Shown: positions 27,986 through 37,174 of the stretch, piece after piece
Layout: every line of letters begins with the position of its first letter
Numbering within the stretch: position 1 is the first letter of the stretch
Virus record (IMG/VR): IMGVR_UViG_3300026549_000079
Coordinates: 3,931 to 67,930 of that record
Reading direction: 5' to 3' (one strand)
From: a virus
Lineage: Duplodnaviria; Caudoviricetes
DNA length: 64,000 bases
Notes under the pieces: generated by a model
What the model saw: the letters and a program-made list of their open reading frames with translations, nothing else
What the model was told of the DNA's origin: nothing
Databases searched by the model: none
Position numbers and translations under genes: made by a program

Positions 27986-28345
27986 TTAAAGATTTTCAAG
28001 CCAGACAACCATATCATTGCAGTCTACATTATTATGATTCATTACACCTTGACCAATATTTTCAAGTACCAAATCAATAAGTGCTTCCTTCACCTTCTCA
28101 TCATCACTCTTACGGAGTTCTGGCACATTATCACTCACCCAATTCTGTAATGTAGGATTTTCTTCCATTGCTCTTTTTAAACCAAGGTCATAGAAAAATC
28201 TTGCCGTTGCTTCAATGTCACCCAAGGTAATTTTATAAGTTTCTGGATGAAAACCACGCATAGTTGTGTAATGCTTCTTTATTGTTTCCATCCATTTTTC
28301 CAAATCAAAATCATTTCCATTCATAGTTTCATTTTTCTTTGACAT
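27986..28345 (-). CDS. Hypothetical protein carrying the ELxxSDDEK module of the EKARAYDEA family
   Basis: PELRKSDDEKVKEALIDLV...MVVWLE. Confidence 0.6.
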   Translation of the reverse strand: MSKKNETMNGNDFDLEKWMETIKKHYTTMRGFHPETYKITLGDIEATARFFYDLGLKRAMEENPTLQNWVSDNVPELRKSDDEKVKEALIDLVLENIGQGVMNHNNVDCNDMVVWLENL

Positions 28346-28348
28346 AAC

Positions 28349-28726
28349 TTATTCTTTATATGGATTATTCTCTTCTGTAACGGCAATTGCCAATCCTTTT
28401 TCAATTAAGCCACGATAGTCGAAGTGGCGTGCATTGAGCCAATCTAAAAGTGGTAAAGACAAATTCTCAAAATCCCCAGCCCATTCAAGTTCTTCGTATT
28501 TATCAAACTCTTCCTCAGTCATCGAAGACATTGGACGGAGATAGGGTTTAATGTCAACAATTTCGTTATAATAAAATGCGTCTCTTAAAACATCACCATA
28601 GTTATGTTCTAAATCCAATACACCTTCTTCTGTTGTTCCGTCTTTAAGCCAAACCTTGACTTTAACATGGTATGGTAATCTTGAACAAAGGTCTTTGAAT
28701 ATTAATTCTTTTTCTTCTTGTGTCAT
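28349..28726 (-). CDS. Hypothetical protein, MTQEEK family
   Basis: MTQEEKELIFKDLCSRL...; C-terminus nearly identical to 19463..19864 (GLIEKGLAIAVTExNNPYKE). Confidence 0.75.
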   Translation of the reverse strand: MTQEEKELIFKDLCSRLPYHVKVKVWLKDGTTEEGVLDLEHNYGDVLRDAFYYNEIVDIKPYLRPMSSMTEEEFDKYEELEWAGDFENLSLPLLDWLNARHFDYRGLIEKGLAIAVTEENNPYKE

Positions 28727-28735
28727 GTATTTCGC

Positions 28736-29491
28736 TTAATCATTAAGATATTTAACTTTTGTCATTTTAAGGTATTCATCAATCTCTTTCCATTTATTAG
28801 CATCTGTCAAATCATAGCCATGTTTAATGTTAGTGAATAGTTTGTTCGGAAAATCTATATCAACAGACTGTACTGGGATGTTAATTCCAAATTTTCCAGT
28901 GGTATTATTGATTAATGTCAACCAATAATCATTGGCTATTTCTCCTTCAACGACTTTTGTTGCTAACGGTGAATTATCTGAAAGAGAAAAACAACTATCT
29001 AAGATTGTATTTAATTCCTCTCTATCTATCCTTAACATGTAAAGATTACCAACACCAAAATAATCTCTGTTTGTGACCTTTAGCACTTCAATATTGAACT
29101 CAGAATTAATCTTAACAATCTTCTTCATGTTAATTAATTCCAAATTTTGAGACCAAGTGACAAAGAAATACTTTGATAAATCAAATTCTTTGTTTAATTC
29201 ATCGGCGGTTGTCAGATAAGGATACGGTTCAATGAAACTAACGTCTTCAATGGTGATGATTACATATTTACCACATTGTTTTGAGTAAACATGCAAACCC
29301 TTTAAGTTGGGATACATATCTTCTTTATTACCTTCCATTATTCCAAGATAATGAAAATTTCCAGTGTTCAACATTGGACCGATGTCATTCTTTCCACCAG
29401 TAATTAACTTTAATCCATCTGGTATTGTGATAGTCGAGTTTATTATGCCACCATATTGACCTTGCTTTACCTTATATGTCTTAAATTTCAT
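28736..29491 (-). CDS. Hypothetical protein
   Basis: 251-aa ORF. Confidence 0.65.
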   Translation of the reverse strand: MKFKTYKVKQGQYGGIINSTITIPDGLKLITGGKNDIGPMLNTGNFHYLGIMEGNKEDMYPNLKGLHVYSKQCGKYVIITIEDVSFIEPYPYLTTADELNKEFDLSKYFFVTWSQNLELINMKKIVKINSEFNIEVLKVTNRDYFGVGNLYMLRIDREELNTILDSCFSLSDNSPLATKVVEGEIANDYWLTLINNTTGKFGINIPVQSVDIDFPNKLFTNIKHGYDLTDANKWKEIDEYLKMTKVKYLND

Positions 29492-29500
29492 GTCTTTTGT

Positions 29501-29770
29501 TTAATAATTGTTAACTTTGTTTAAGCTTTCCAACCACTCTTCAAGCGTCATTTTATCCTTCCTGTTTGTTCGCTCACGGTTGCAGTAGTCTGGGCAATAA
29601 GAGTCTCCTTTGACAATATGTTTCTCCTCATAGTCCGTACAAGGAGAAGTTGTGTGCATATAACATACACCTTCACCATCATGCTTGACAAGACGAGCAC
29701 CAATAACTTTGTAGCCTTCTCCGTGGGTAACCTTATACCACCAGCAATTCTTGCATCGTCCGTGATTCAT
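29501..29770 (-). CDS. Small Cys-rich hypothetical protein
   Basis: CKNC...CYMH...CPDY. Confidence 0.6.
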   Translation of the reverse strand: MNHGRCKNCWWYKVTHGEGYKVIGARLVKHDGEGVCYMHTTSPCTDYEEKHIVKGDSYCPDYCNRERTNRKDKMTLEEWLESLNKVNNY

Positions 29771-29772
29771 GT

Positions 29773-30027
29773 TCAGTCCTCCATTGCTTTACGATAATCT
29801 TCCGCTAATTTTACAAAATCAATTTCATCGTCACCAAAATCGGAAGTTAAATACCAACCACTGCCACCTTTACGAAGCCACTCATAAGTCTTTTCTATCA
29901 TCGTTTTGTCAGCCCAAACAGCCCCATCAAGAATAGCAAGTTGGATACTTTCTTTTAGTTCTTCGTTCTCCATATCTTTACCTTTAAAAGATAAAGCGTA
30001 GTTCACTCTTTCTTCTTTCCGTGTCAT
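29773..30027 (-). CDS. Hypothetical protein
   Basis: 84-aa ORF; GAVWADKTMIEK..EWL. Confidence 0.6.
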   Translation of the reverse strand: MTRKEERVNYALSFKGKDMENEELKESIQLAILDGAVWADKTMIEKTYEWLRKGGSGWYLTSDFGDDEIDFVKLAEDYRKAMED

Positions 30028-30064
30028 ATCACATTCTTTTTGTAAGTTCGTTAAATGATGGTAC

Positions 30065-30367
30065 CTATTCTCCTTTCAGTAATTTAACTGTTTCGTCACT
30101 TGCGTATCTCGAAAGACGTTCAATTATTTCACCCTTTGTCATACCAGCTGCCACCGTTATATCTAGGTCACTATCAGCGCCCTCTGTGTTAAACGTTATC
30201 AATGCTTCGTCTCCAGACGCAAAGTTAGCACCAAACATCGGTATCTGTTTTTTCGAGAAGCCTTTTTCAAGCATCAATTCCTGGGCTGCTTTGTTAACGA
30301 ACCTTTCTGCTTTATTTAAAGCATGCAACGAATCGTCAAGATAACCCATCCAACTTTTCTTTGCCAT
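30065..30367 (-). CDS. Hypothetical protein
   Basis: 100-aa ORF directly after a promoter. Confidence 0.65.
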   Translation of the reverse strand: MAKKSWMGYLDDSLHALNKAERFVNKAAQELMLEKGFSKKQIPMFGANFASGDEALITFNTEGADSDLDITVAAGMTKGEIIERLSRYASDETVKLLKGE

Positions 30368-30406
30368 ATACTTTTTTTTTTAGAAATTAGTTTTCTTCTT
30401 ACAATG

Positions 30407-30438
30407 CAAATATACGATATTTTTCCAGAAAAAACAAT
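30407..30438 (-). promoter_or_regulatory. Bacteroidota sigma-A type promoter
   Basis: Minus strand ATTG-N20-TATATTTG. Confidence 0.75.
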
Positions 30439-30451
30439 TTTTTAAGATATT

Positions 30452-30670
30452 TTAACTTTGGAATGGGTTATACCTTTCTTCATCTTGTACGTCAAAAATA
30501 ACTTCCTTGCAACAATCCTTTTTTGTTTCACCATCACCGCCACCAACATAACATACGTTAGGCAATGATATACCTGTTGGAATACCATTCGCATTAGTAT
30601 AGACCAGCGCATCCATATTATAATCTAATAATATGGTGATTAACTCTTTAACTGTTAAAATCTTTCTCAT
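30452..30670 (-). CDS. Hypothetical protein
   Basis: 72-aa ORF; LTVKELITILLDY. Confidence 0.55.
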   Translation of the reverse strand: MRKILTVKELITILLDYNMDALVYTNANGIPTGISLPNVCYVGGGDGETKKDCCKEVIFDVQDEERYNPFQS

Positions 30671-30929
30671 ATCGTTCTATATATTTTCGTTTTATTTTTT
30701 CTATGTATTTCAATACATCCTCTTTATTTTCAAATTCGCCATTTTCCAAAAAAAGTTCAATAAACTCTTCCGTGTTGCATATTGGACAAGGAATGTCACC
30801 ACCAATAAAATAACCCTCACTGTCCCAAGAATCCATATCATACAGATAGCCATCCAAACATACAGCATCAGGATACGATGCACCGAAAAGTGGAAATTCT
30901 ATACCACATCCTTTTTTATTCTTCTCCAT
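30648..30929 (-). CDS. Hypothetical Zn-binding protein
   Basis: GCG...YPDAVCLDGYLYD.DS...IPCPICN. Confidence 0.6.
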   Translation of the reverse strand: MEKNKKGCGIEFPLFGASYPDAVCLDGYLYDMDSWDSEGYFIGGDIPCPICNTEEFIELFLENGEFENKEDVLKYIEKIKRKYIERYEKDFNS

Positions 30930-31377
30930 TTTTCAATTGTTTATATAATTCCTCAATATATTCTTCCCTTTGTCTCTTCCATTCATCATAATTGTCAATG
31001 ACTTCCCCGTAATAATCAATAGGGGGTGTTATTTGTTCTGGTGATATAAATGGAAACACTACTCTTAAAGGAAGCATATAAAGCATTTGCTTGGTCACGT
31101 TCTTCCTCACATCAGGTGCCCATTTCATCACATCTTCCCTGATATAATCAAAACAGTATTTCTTCTTTTGTCCAAGTGCTCTTTTCCATTCTTCAAAAAA
31201 ATCATTCGGTCCGATTTTATTGCAATACATACCAGGTGCTATTTCATATTTATTTTCGTTTATTTTCTTCGGATAAGGAAATACAATTTCAATTTCCTTT
31301 AATGGTTCAGTGAAATTAAATGGCAAACTTGGTGCTCCACGTCTTATAGGCTCAAATAGTTTTTTCTTCTTTTTCAT
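30916..31377 (-). CDS. Hypothetical protein
   Basis: 153-aa ORF. Confidence 0.55.
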   Translation of the reverse strand: MKKKKKLFEPIRRGAPSLPFNFTEPLKEIEIVFPYPKKINENKYEIAPGMYCNKIGPNDFFEEWKRALGQKKKYCFDYIREDVMKWAPDVRKNVTKQMLYMLPLRVVFPFISPEQITPPIDYYGEVIDNYDEWKRQREEYIEELYKQLKNGEE

Positions 31378-31390
31378 AATATTTTTTACA

Positions 31391-31693
31391 TTATCCTCTG
31401 TTATATTTTTCTTTTATTAGTTCTGGTAATTCACTAAACCCAATTTCTTCAATATCACAACCCCACCACTCACCATTTGGAAATGTCTTGTCTATAAAAG
31501 TTTCAAGCCTAAGTGCATGACCTAAATAGTCACAATACGAATCTGTGCCATAGCATTCAATAAAATCAGCATTCTTATCTAAGAAATATCTATAATCAGA
31601 TGAATTGTTTTGTAGGCAATAAATTATATTTTCTCCAGTATATCCTTCATTGCTATCATAGTGAATTGTTATCTTAAATCTTCGTCTACTCAT
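31391..31693 (-). CDS. Hypothetical protein
   Basis: 100-aa ORF. Confidence 0.55.
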   Translation of the reverse strand: MSRRRFKITIHYDSNEGYTGENIIYCLQNNSSDYRYFLDKNADFIECYGTDSYCDYLGHALRLETFIDKTFPNGEWWGCDIEEIGFSELPELIKEKYNRG

Positions 31694-31721
31694 TTTAATT
31701 CTTTATCTAATATCCTAAGTG

Positions 31722-31892
31722 TTACCATAGTGCATTTATTTTTGTTTCTGATTTACAAACAAGATGTTGACTTTTCAACCTATCCAATTCATATTGCACG
31801 TGTTGTTTGTACCAACAATTGTTACAATCGTTGTTGTTGAAGCAATACCTATCACATCCGTAGTGTGCCAAAAGACGTTCTATTTCACTCAT
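31722..31892 (-). CDS. Small Cys-rich protein (56 aa)
   Basis: Manual translation MSEIERLLAHYGCDRYCFNNNDCNNC... Confidence 0.45.
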   Translation of the reverse strand: MSEIERLLAHYGCDRYCFNNNDCNNCWYKQHVQYELDRLKSQHLVCKSETKINALW

Positions 31893-32349
31893 TTACAAGA
31901 TTATCCCTTAATGATGTTTTGATATGACATTCGCCATATTTTTCCTTTATTAATGATTTCTGTGTGTTTAACACTTCTATTAAAGAAGCATTATCCTCAT
32001 CTTCGTGGTCAACATACAGGCATTCATATTCATACTCACCAAAGTCCTCAATGAGATTATATCTTATCATTTCTTTGATATGGTCTTCAAAATCAAGATA
32101 TCCTATTCTCATTTCACCTGCATTTCCAACTACTTTAACGTATACCTCATTATATGGTATGGATGTATAGAAAAGAAATGAACCATTTTCATTGGTTACT
32201 GGCTTTATTTCGGTATAAGGGACAAAAATCTCCGTTAAAAGCACATCATCAAATGTCATTCCTAATGATTTTGGTTCTTTAAATATGTATCTTTCAAACG
32301 GATAACATTCATTGAAACACTTTAAAAAATCTTCATCATAACTATTCAT
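31885..32349 (-). CDS. Hypothetical protein
   Basis: 154-aa acidic ORF. Confidence 0.6.
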   Translation of the reverse strand: MNSYDEDFLKCFNECYPFERYIFKEPKSLGMTFDDVLLTEIFVPYTEIKPVTNENGSFLFYTSIPYNEVYVKVVGNAGEMRIGYLDFEDHIKEMIRYNLIEDFGEYEYECLYVDHEDEDNASLIEVLNTQKSLIKEKYGECHIKTSLRDNLVNE

Positions 32350-32352
32350 AAC

Positions 32353-32751
32353 TTATTCCTTTCTATCTCCTAATTTTAAAATAAACACTTCCTTATCCTC
32401 TGGTGCTCCCCACTCAGGTTTTCCCATGCCGATTTTAATTTCTTTTAGTTCAAACAGCATTGTCCGTTTGGTATATCCATAACGGAATCTAACGTGGGTA
32501 TAGCCCCTTGTCCCATATTTCGGAATCAAATATTTGTAACTATGACATAATGGGTTTTCAATATTCGTTTCCGTGATTGAATCGAACATATGTCCATCAT
32601 AACATTTTATTCCTAATGGGTATTTATATAATAACCTATTGCACCAATGGGGCTTAATTTGTCTGTATTCTTCCTTCTTGACACCACTTTCAATCATATC
32701 ATACCACTCTTTCTTAAGTGGCAGGTCAAGTATTTTCATTTCCTTTTCCAT
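32353..32751 (-). CDS. ASCH-domain protein
   Basis: LDLPLKKEWYDMIESGVKKEEYR...HVRFRYGY...MLFELKEI..G.GKPEWGA. Confidence 0.8.
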   Translation of the reverse strand: MEKEMKILDLPLKKEWYDMIESGVKKEEYRQIKPHWCNRLLYKYPLGIKCYDGHMFDSITETNIENPLCHSYKYLIPKYGTRGYTHVRFRYGYTKRTMLFELKEIKIGMGKPEWGAPEDKEVFILKLGDRKE

Positions 32752-32752
32752 A

Positions 32753-33019
32753 TTATTTCATTTTAACAGTAGTTTCATCTATATACTCAAACTCATCGAT
32801 ATAATCTGAAAGGTTCCATTCTCCTTCATCTTTGGGCCTTAAATGATTCCATGGCTCATTCAGCCACTTCTCGTCATACATTATTATATCACCTACATTA
32901 TGGTTAAAAGAATAAGTAAGTACTACGAAAAAATTCTTCGCCTTATATAATACCATGTATTCGGCATCGTCATCTCTTGTGTAGCATTGCCCAACTACTA
33001 AATCGTCAATTTTTATCAT
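32753..33019 (-). CDS. Hypothetical protein
   Basis: 88-aa ORF. Confidence 0.55.
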   Translation of the reverse strand: MIKIDDLVVGQCYTRDDDAEYMVLYKAKNFFVVLTYSFNHNVGDIIMYDEKWLNEPWNHLRPKDEGEWNLSDYIDEFEYIDETTVKMK

Positions 33020-33737
33020 TTTCTTTTTCAGTATTTATTCCTTTCAAAAAATCAATAATTTCGTCATGATATGGATTATCTTCACTTGGAAGCATAGACT
33101 TTATCTTTTCTATAAACTCCCTGTCATGATTATAAGTCTCCCACAGGATTTCTGCGGTTACTCTATTCTTGTCATAAGAACCACTACACAATTTCTGCTC
33201 AATTTCCTTTTCTTTATCCCTAATCTTCTTGAGTTGTTCCTCAGTTACTCTATCCTTACACATAAGTCCAAGGTAGAAAGCATTAGTCCATTCATTTTCA
33301 AGGGCATCAGCACATTTGCCTTCAAATTTAAACAATCTTTCATAGTCTTGTCTTCGTCCTCTGAAATAGTTTGAAAGTTCATTGTTGACAATCTGATTCT
33401 TCCTTTTCTTTATGGTTTGAAGCACTTCATATCCTTCCTTCAATGACGGACATTCGACAATCTCATTAAGAATTGTCTTTATTCTTGCACAAACCTCCGC
33501 ACGTCCATGACTTATCCAACCCTCACGTGTCGTTGTCCATAGGTTTTTCCGTTCGTCTGAGCGTATTTTATCCACCTCCTTGAGGTATTCTTCAACAGCG
33601 TCATAAAGACGCTTCACAACACGCCTAATTCGGTCTTGAAACTCAGCCTCAGAAAACTCCAAAGTATCTGGGTCATTTAATAATTGCGAGAGTAATTCTA
33701 ATTTTTCTTGTTTTGATAAAGCACTTAATTCAATCAT
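33006..33737 (-). CDS. Hypothetical helical protein
   Basis: 243-aa ORF. Confidence 0.6.
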   Translation of the reverse strand: MIELSALSKQEKLELLSQLLNDPDTLEFSEAEFQDRIRRVVKRLYDAVEEYLKEVDKIRSDERKNLWTTTREGWISHGRAEVCARIKTILNEIVECPSLKEGYEVLQTIKKRKNQIVNNELSNYFRGRRQDYERLFKFEGKCADALENEWTNAFYLGLMCKDRVTEEQLKKIRDKEKEIEQKLCSGSYDKNRVTAEILWETYNHDREFIEKIKSMLPSEDNPYHDEIIDFLKGINTEKENDKN

Positions 33738-34149
33738 ATACTTTAAAAAAATATGACGGTTTTATATTGCCAACAAAGTTATATTCTTTGGGCATATCTT
33801 TTCGATTCCCACTAACAAGTTCATAAACATCATCATACTTAATATCTTGTGCAACAAACGTTATGCGCATCGTAAAGGTAGAAACGCCACAACTATTATA
33901 CCCTTTACTAGAATAAAATCTTTTAAGGTTGCTATAACATAGTTCTTGGATTGTATTCTCACTTAAAGGTTTCCCTTCCCAATCTGTTTTGTCAATGCGG
34001 GAAAGTATATATTCTTCTATGTTTTTATTTTTGGCGGTAACATCAAAATCTATAGAAATAACTGGTGTGTTCCTTATTAGTTTTGATAGTTTTGCTATTG
34101 TATCAAGTGTTATTTTCTTATATTCCTTTGTCATGTCTATATTAATCAT
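33730..34149 (-). CDS. Hypothetical protein
   Basis: 139-aa ORF. Confidence 0.6.
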   Translation of the reverse strand: MINIDMTKEYKKITLDTIAKLSKLIRNTPVISIDFDVTAKNKNIEEYILSRIDKTDWEGKPLSENTIQELCYSNLKRFYSSKGYNSCGVSTFTMRITFVAQDIKYDDVYELVSGNRKDMPKEYNFVGNIKPSYFFKVYD

Positions 34150-34526
34150 AATACTATTTCTTTTTCAATTCCATAAAGTCTTAACGCATGCTGTAATTGG
34201 TGAACATGTTTCAGATTTATTGGAACGGGTGTGCAATTTATTGAAAGTGTAATTACATTCGTTTCTTTGAATACAATCTGAATAGGTTTTAGTTCTTTTG
34301 TTTGGATATACCATAAGTCAGTCATGTATTTAAACCCATTCTTTTCAAGAATTTCTGGAGTGAGCGGAATTGGTGTATAACAGCCCTCAATTGCCAAATC
34401 AATGTCTTCCCCACCATTAATCTGCGTTGGAAACCATTCTTTTGTTGGTTCATATTCATCTTCTATAAAAACATTTGGGTTATACATTACCCAATCATTA
34501 ATCATTAATTCGTTTCCTGCCAACAT
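34146..34526 (-). CDS. Conserved Bacteroidota-phage protein (YopX-like)
   Basis: ELMINDWV...PIPLTPEILEKNGF...VHQLQHALRL.GIEKEI. Confidence 0.55.
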   Translation of the reverse strand: MLAGNELMINDWVMYNPNVFIEDEYEPTKEWFPTQINGGEDIDLAIEGCYTPIPLTPEILEKNGFKYMTDLWYIQTKELKPIQIVFKETNVITLSINCTPVPINLKHVHQLQHALRLYGIEKEIVL

Positions 34527-34596
34527 AACTTTTTCTTCTTTTTCTAAACATTATGTTCGTATAGTTTGATATTTTACCATTTAATTCAGGTTATTA

Positions 34597-34628
34597 CAAA
34601 TATATGGTTTTTTTCCTTAATATCCAAA
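34597..34628 (-). promoter_or_regulatory. Bacteroidota sigma-A type promoter
   Basis: Minus strand TTTG-N20-TATATTTG. Confidence 0.85.
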
Positions 34629-34636
34629 AGAAACAT

Positions 34637-34674
34637 AAAAAAAAAAAGAGTGGCTAAACACACCACTCTTTTTT
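34637..34674 (-). terminator. Intrinsic terminator closing the radical SAM operon
   Basis: GAGTGG-N9-CCACTC stem with an 11-nt U-tail on the minus strand. Confidence 0.75.
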
Positions 34675-35014
34675 AACTGTATCCATAATATCCAAATGCA
34701 ATTACCTTTTTACCGTTTGGCGTTTTATATGAATCCATGAACTTTTCATACTCAATTGCATCCCAATCATTAAAGAACTGGTCATAAGTGAGATAGTCAT
34801 ACTGAATCCAGTCTTCCTCCTTTTCTGCGTCTGATTTCTTCGCCCATTCTTGGTACTCCTTGTCGTCCAAAGGCACAAGACGTTCATAGTCTTTTGAATA
34901 GACCATCAGACCGTTCTTCCATTTTTCAAAATCACTATCATCACACATTGTTATTGAATGCGTTGAACTTGAATTGGTTTCAAACAAACCTCTGCGTACC
35001 TGAATCTTTCCCAT
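34673..35014 (-). CDS. FETNSSSTHS-motif protein (paralog 2)
   Basis: MGKIQVRRGLFETNSSSTHSITMC. Confidence 0.75.
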   Translation of the reverse strand: MGKIQVRRGLFETNSSSTHSITMCDDSDFEKWKNGLMVYSKDYERLVPLDDKEYQEWAKKSDAEKEEDWIQYDYLTYDQFFNDWDAIEYEKFMDSYKTPNGKKVIAFGYYGYS

Positions 35015-35026
35015 ATTTTCTAAGTT

Positions 35027-35545
35027 TTAGTTTCCCTTGAAATATTCATAAAGAGCATTTTTTGGCTCTTCACCAAGAATGTCATAATCATCATTATCAT
35101 TACTCGTCTCGACATATGAAGCGTCTGAGAACAAGTAATTCATAAGAAGCTCATCGTTTTCACACAGTTTAATTACTAAATCATTGTTTTCACCTCCGTG
35201 GTCAACATAAGCGAAACCTGGTGTTTTATAATATGTGGTGCCATCACTGTATTCTCCCTTGATGAGGTCTTCAAATTTTGCCTCTACACCCCAATTTTTA
35301 AGGATATTCTTAATCTTTTCAATCCAGGTGTATGGGTCGTCCATATACATCAACGACGTAAACAGATAGCTAGCTTTTGTCTCTGTATCCGTATACAGTT
35401 TATGTTTCCATCCAAATTCTCCGCCATGAAAATATAGCTCTTCTGGCAAATTTGATTTGATATCTTCTCCATTGTTACCAATAACAATCGAATGCGTCGA
35501 ACTTGAATTTGTCTCAAATAAACCTTTTCTAATCTTTGTTTTCAT
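35027..35545 (-). CDS. FETNSSSTHS-motif protein (paralog 1)
   Basis: MKTKIRKGLFETNSSSTHSIVI...GEFGW...KASYL...YVDHG. Confidence 0.75.
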   Translation of the reverse strand: MKTKIRKGLFETNSSSTHSIVIGNNGEDIKSNLPEELYFHGGEFGWKHKLYTDTETKASYLFTSLMYMDDPYTWIEKIKNILKNWGVEAKFEDLIKGEYSDGTTYYKTPGFAYVDHGGENNDLVIKLCENDELLMNYLFSDASYVETSNDNDDYDILGEEPKNALYEYFKGN

Positions 35546-35557
35546 TTTTTTCTTTAT

Positions 35558-36439
35558 TTATACGTTTCTTATTTCGTTAAACATTTCATCAATGGTCTTG
35601 TCACCAATGTCGTATCTTTCCTGGGATAGGGAATTCTTAGCAAATTTTCCATCCACCATATCAATGTAGAACGTGTAATTTCCGTCATCCCCCATATAGA
35701 ATTCCTCCCACTTATCCTCAGGCAAAAGTCTCTTCACATCAAGCTGCTTAATTGCAAGATTATCAAATGACACAAGTTTAAACCACCCATCATTAATGAT
35801 TGTAGGTAGATTATCATAAAGGTAATCACTATTTTTGGAATATTCCTCCGTATGGCTATCAAAATATGTTTTGCCCCTGCGAAGTTTCTTGAAACCAAGG
35901 ATTAAAACCTTAAGGTTATTTCCCTTCAATTGTTTAATATCGGTTTCGGTTAATATTCCGTTAATTGTATGCAAAACAACATTAGGAAACTCTTTTACTT
36001 TGCTAATGAATTCCTCATCATAATGATTGTATGAAACGCCAATGCCATAAATCAGCTTATTTTCGCTATAGTGCTTTAGAGTTTCATAGTTATTCATAAA
36101 TTGTTTTTGATGAACTGTAATATTGGCAAACACCTTCTTTCCCTTAAGGAAAACGAGAAGTCTCTCAAGGTCTGGGTGGTTCATATCATTTCCATTCAAC
36201 GCCATTTCAGTATATGGGTGTAATGTATCTATAAACCGATATTTGAATAAATCACCGTGTTTTCCTTCCTTTGTGCAACCCTCGTAACAAAACGGACAAC
36301 CAACGCTGCAATTTGATGTTATCTTAACATCAACGTTCTCTGCAAATGCTGGAACGAATGAATCCTCGTTTGTTTTTCTAATCTTTGTTCCGTCATCCAT
36401 AATACAGACGACATAATTCCCGTTTTTATAAAAATTCAT
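35558..36439 (-). CDS. Radical SAM enzyme
   Basis: VDVKITSNCSVGCPFCYEG (CxxxCxxC); no further Cys cluster, so no SPASM/Twitch domain. Confidence 0.9.
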   Translation of the reverse strand: MNFYKNGNYVVCIMDDGTKIRKTNEDSFVPAFAENVDVKITSNCSVGCPFCYEGCTKEGKHGDLFKYRFIDTLHPYTEMALNGNDMNHPDLERLLVFLKGKKVFANITVHQKQFMNNYETLKHYSENKLIYGIGVSYNHYDEEFISKVKEFPNVVLHTINGILTETDIKQLKGNNLKVLILGFKKLRRGKTYFDSHTEEYSKNSDYLYDNLPTIINDGWFKLVSFDNLAIKQLDVKRLLPEDKWEEFYMGDDGNYTFYIDMVDGKFAKNSLSQERYDIGDKTIDEMFNEIRNV

Positions 36440-36466
36440 GCTTATTTTTGAATAAAGTTTACAAAT

Positions 36467-36802
36467 TCAAACAATTCCCTTTTCTTCAAGATGCTTAATC
36501 AGATATGCAAAGTTTCCGATGGTGAACGAATCTATATCATCATAACAATATAGGACATCACACAACCAATGCCAATCAACGTCACCTTTAATGAAATCAA
36601 CGAATGTCTTCTGGATGTCTTTTTTCTCGTCTTCAACAAGCTCATCCCCGTTTTCATCATCAAATTCGCCAACCTCTTCTAGTGTGAAATCAACATCGAA
36701 TCCAAGGATTTCGTTAAGACAATATAATGTTTCCTCCCAACTGGGCTCTCTCTTTATCTGGATTCCCTTACAGAAACCATTTTCTTGCATTAAGTATTCC
36801 AT
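36467..36802 (-). CDS. Hypothetical acidic protein
   Basis: Start reassigned to MEYLMQENG. Confidence 0.55.
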   Translation of the reverse strand: MEYLMQENGFCKGIQIKREPSWEETLYCLNEILGFDVDFTLEEVGEFDDENGDELVEDEKKDIQKTFVDFIKGDVDWHWLCDVLYCYDDIDSFTIGNFAYLIKHLEEKGIV

Positions 36803-36806
36803 AATT

Positions 36807-37109
36807 CTATTCTTTTGTAAATTTGAAATAAGGTTCATAAGACTCATTAAAACCTGGCTTATCGTAGACAACCTTCCAACCTGCTTTACGATATAAATCC
36901 TCAAAATCAAGCCAATGCTTTTTATATACCGTTCCAGTGGTTATTTTTTCCATACCAGGATATCCACGTAAAATCTTGTCAACGACATCCTTTTGGGAGA
37001 TTTTTGCTTCCTCACCATCCCAAGCTTCCTTTATCATCTTATTCACAATCTCGATGACAAATTCGGGAATCTCTATCCATACATCATTTGGTCTAATTGG
37101 CTCTATCAT
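36807..37109 (-). CDS. Conserved phage hypothetical protein
   Basis: MIEPIRPNDV..EIPEFVIE..N..I...W...WLDFEDLYRKAGWKVVYDKPG. Confidence 0.7.
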   Translation of the reverse strand: MIEPIRPNDVWIEIPEFVIEIVNKMIKEAWDGEEAKISQKDVVDKILRGYPGMEKITTGTVYKKHWLDFEDLYRKAGWKVVYDKPGFNESYEPYFKFTKE

Positions 37110-37139
37110 GTTCTTAATTTTTTTCTTTAAAAGACAATA

Positions 37140-37171
37140 CAAATATATGATATTTTTTCGAAATATCCAAA
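37140..37171 (-). promoter_or_regulatory. Bacteroidota sigma-A type promoter
   Basis: Minus strand TTTG-GATATTTCGAAAAAATATCA-TATATTTG. Confidence 0.85.
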
Positions 37172-37174
37172 TTT

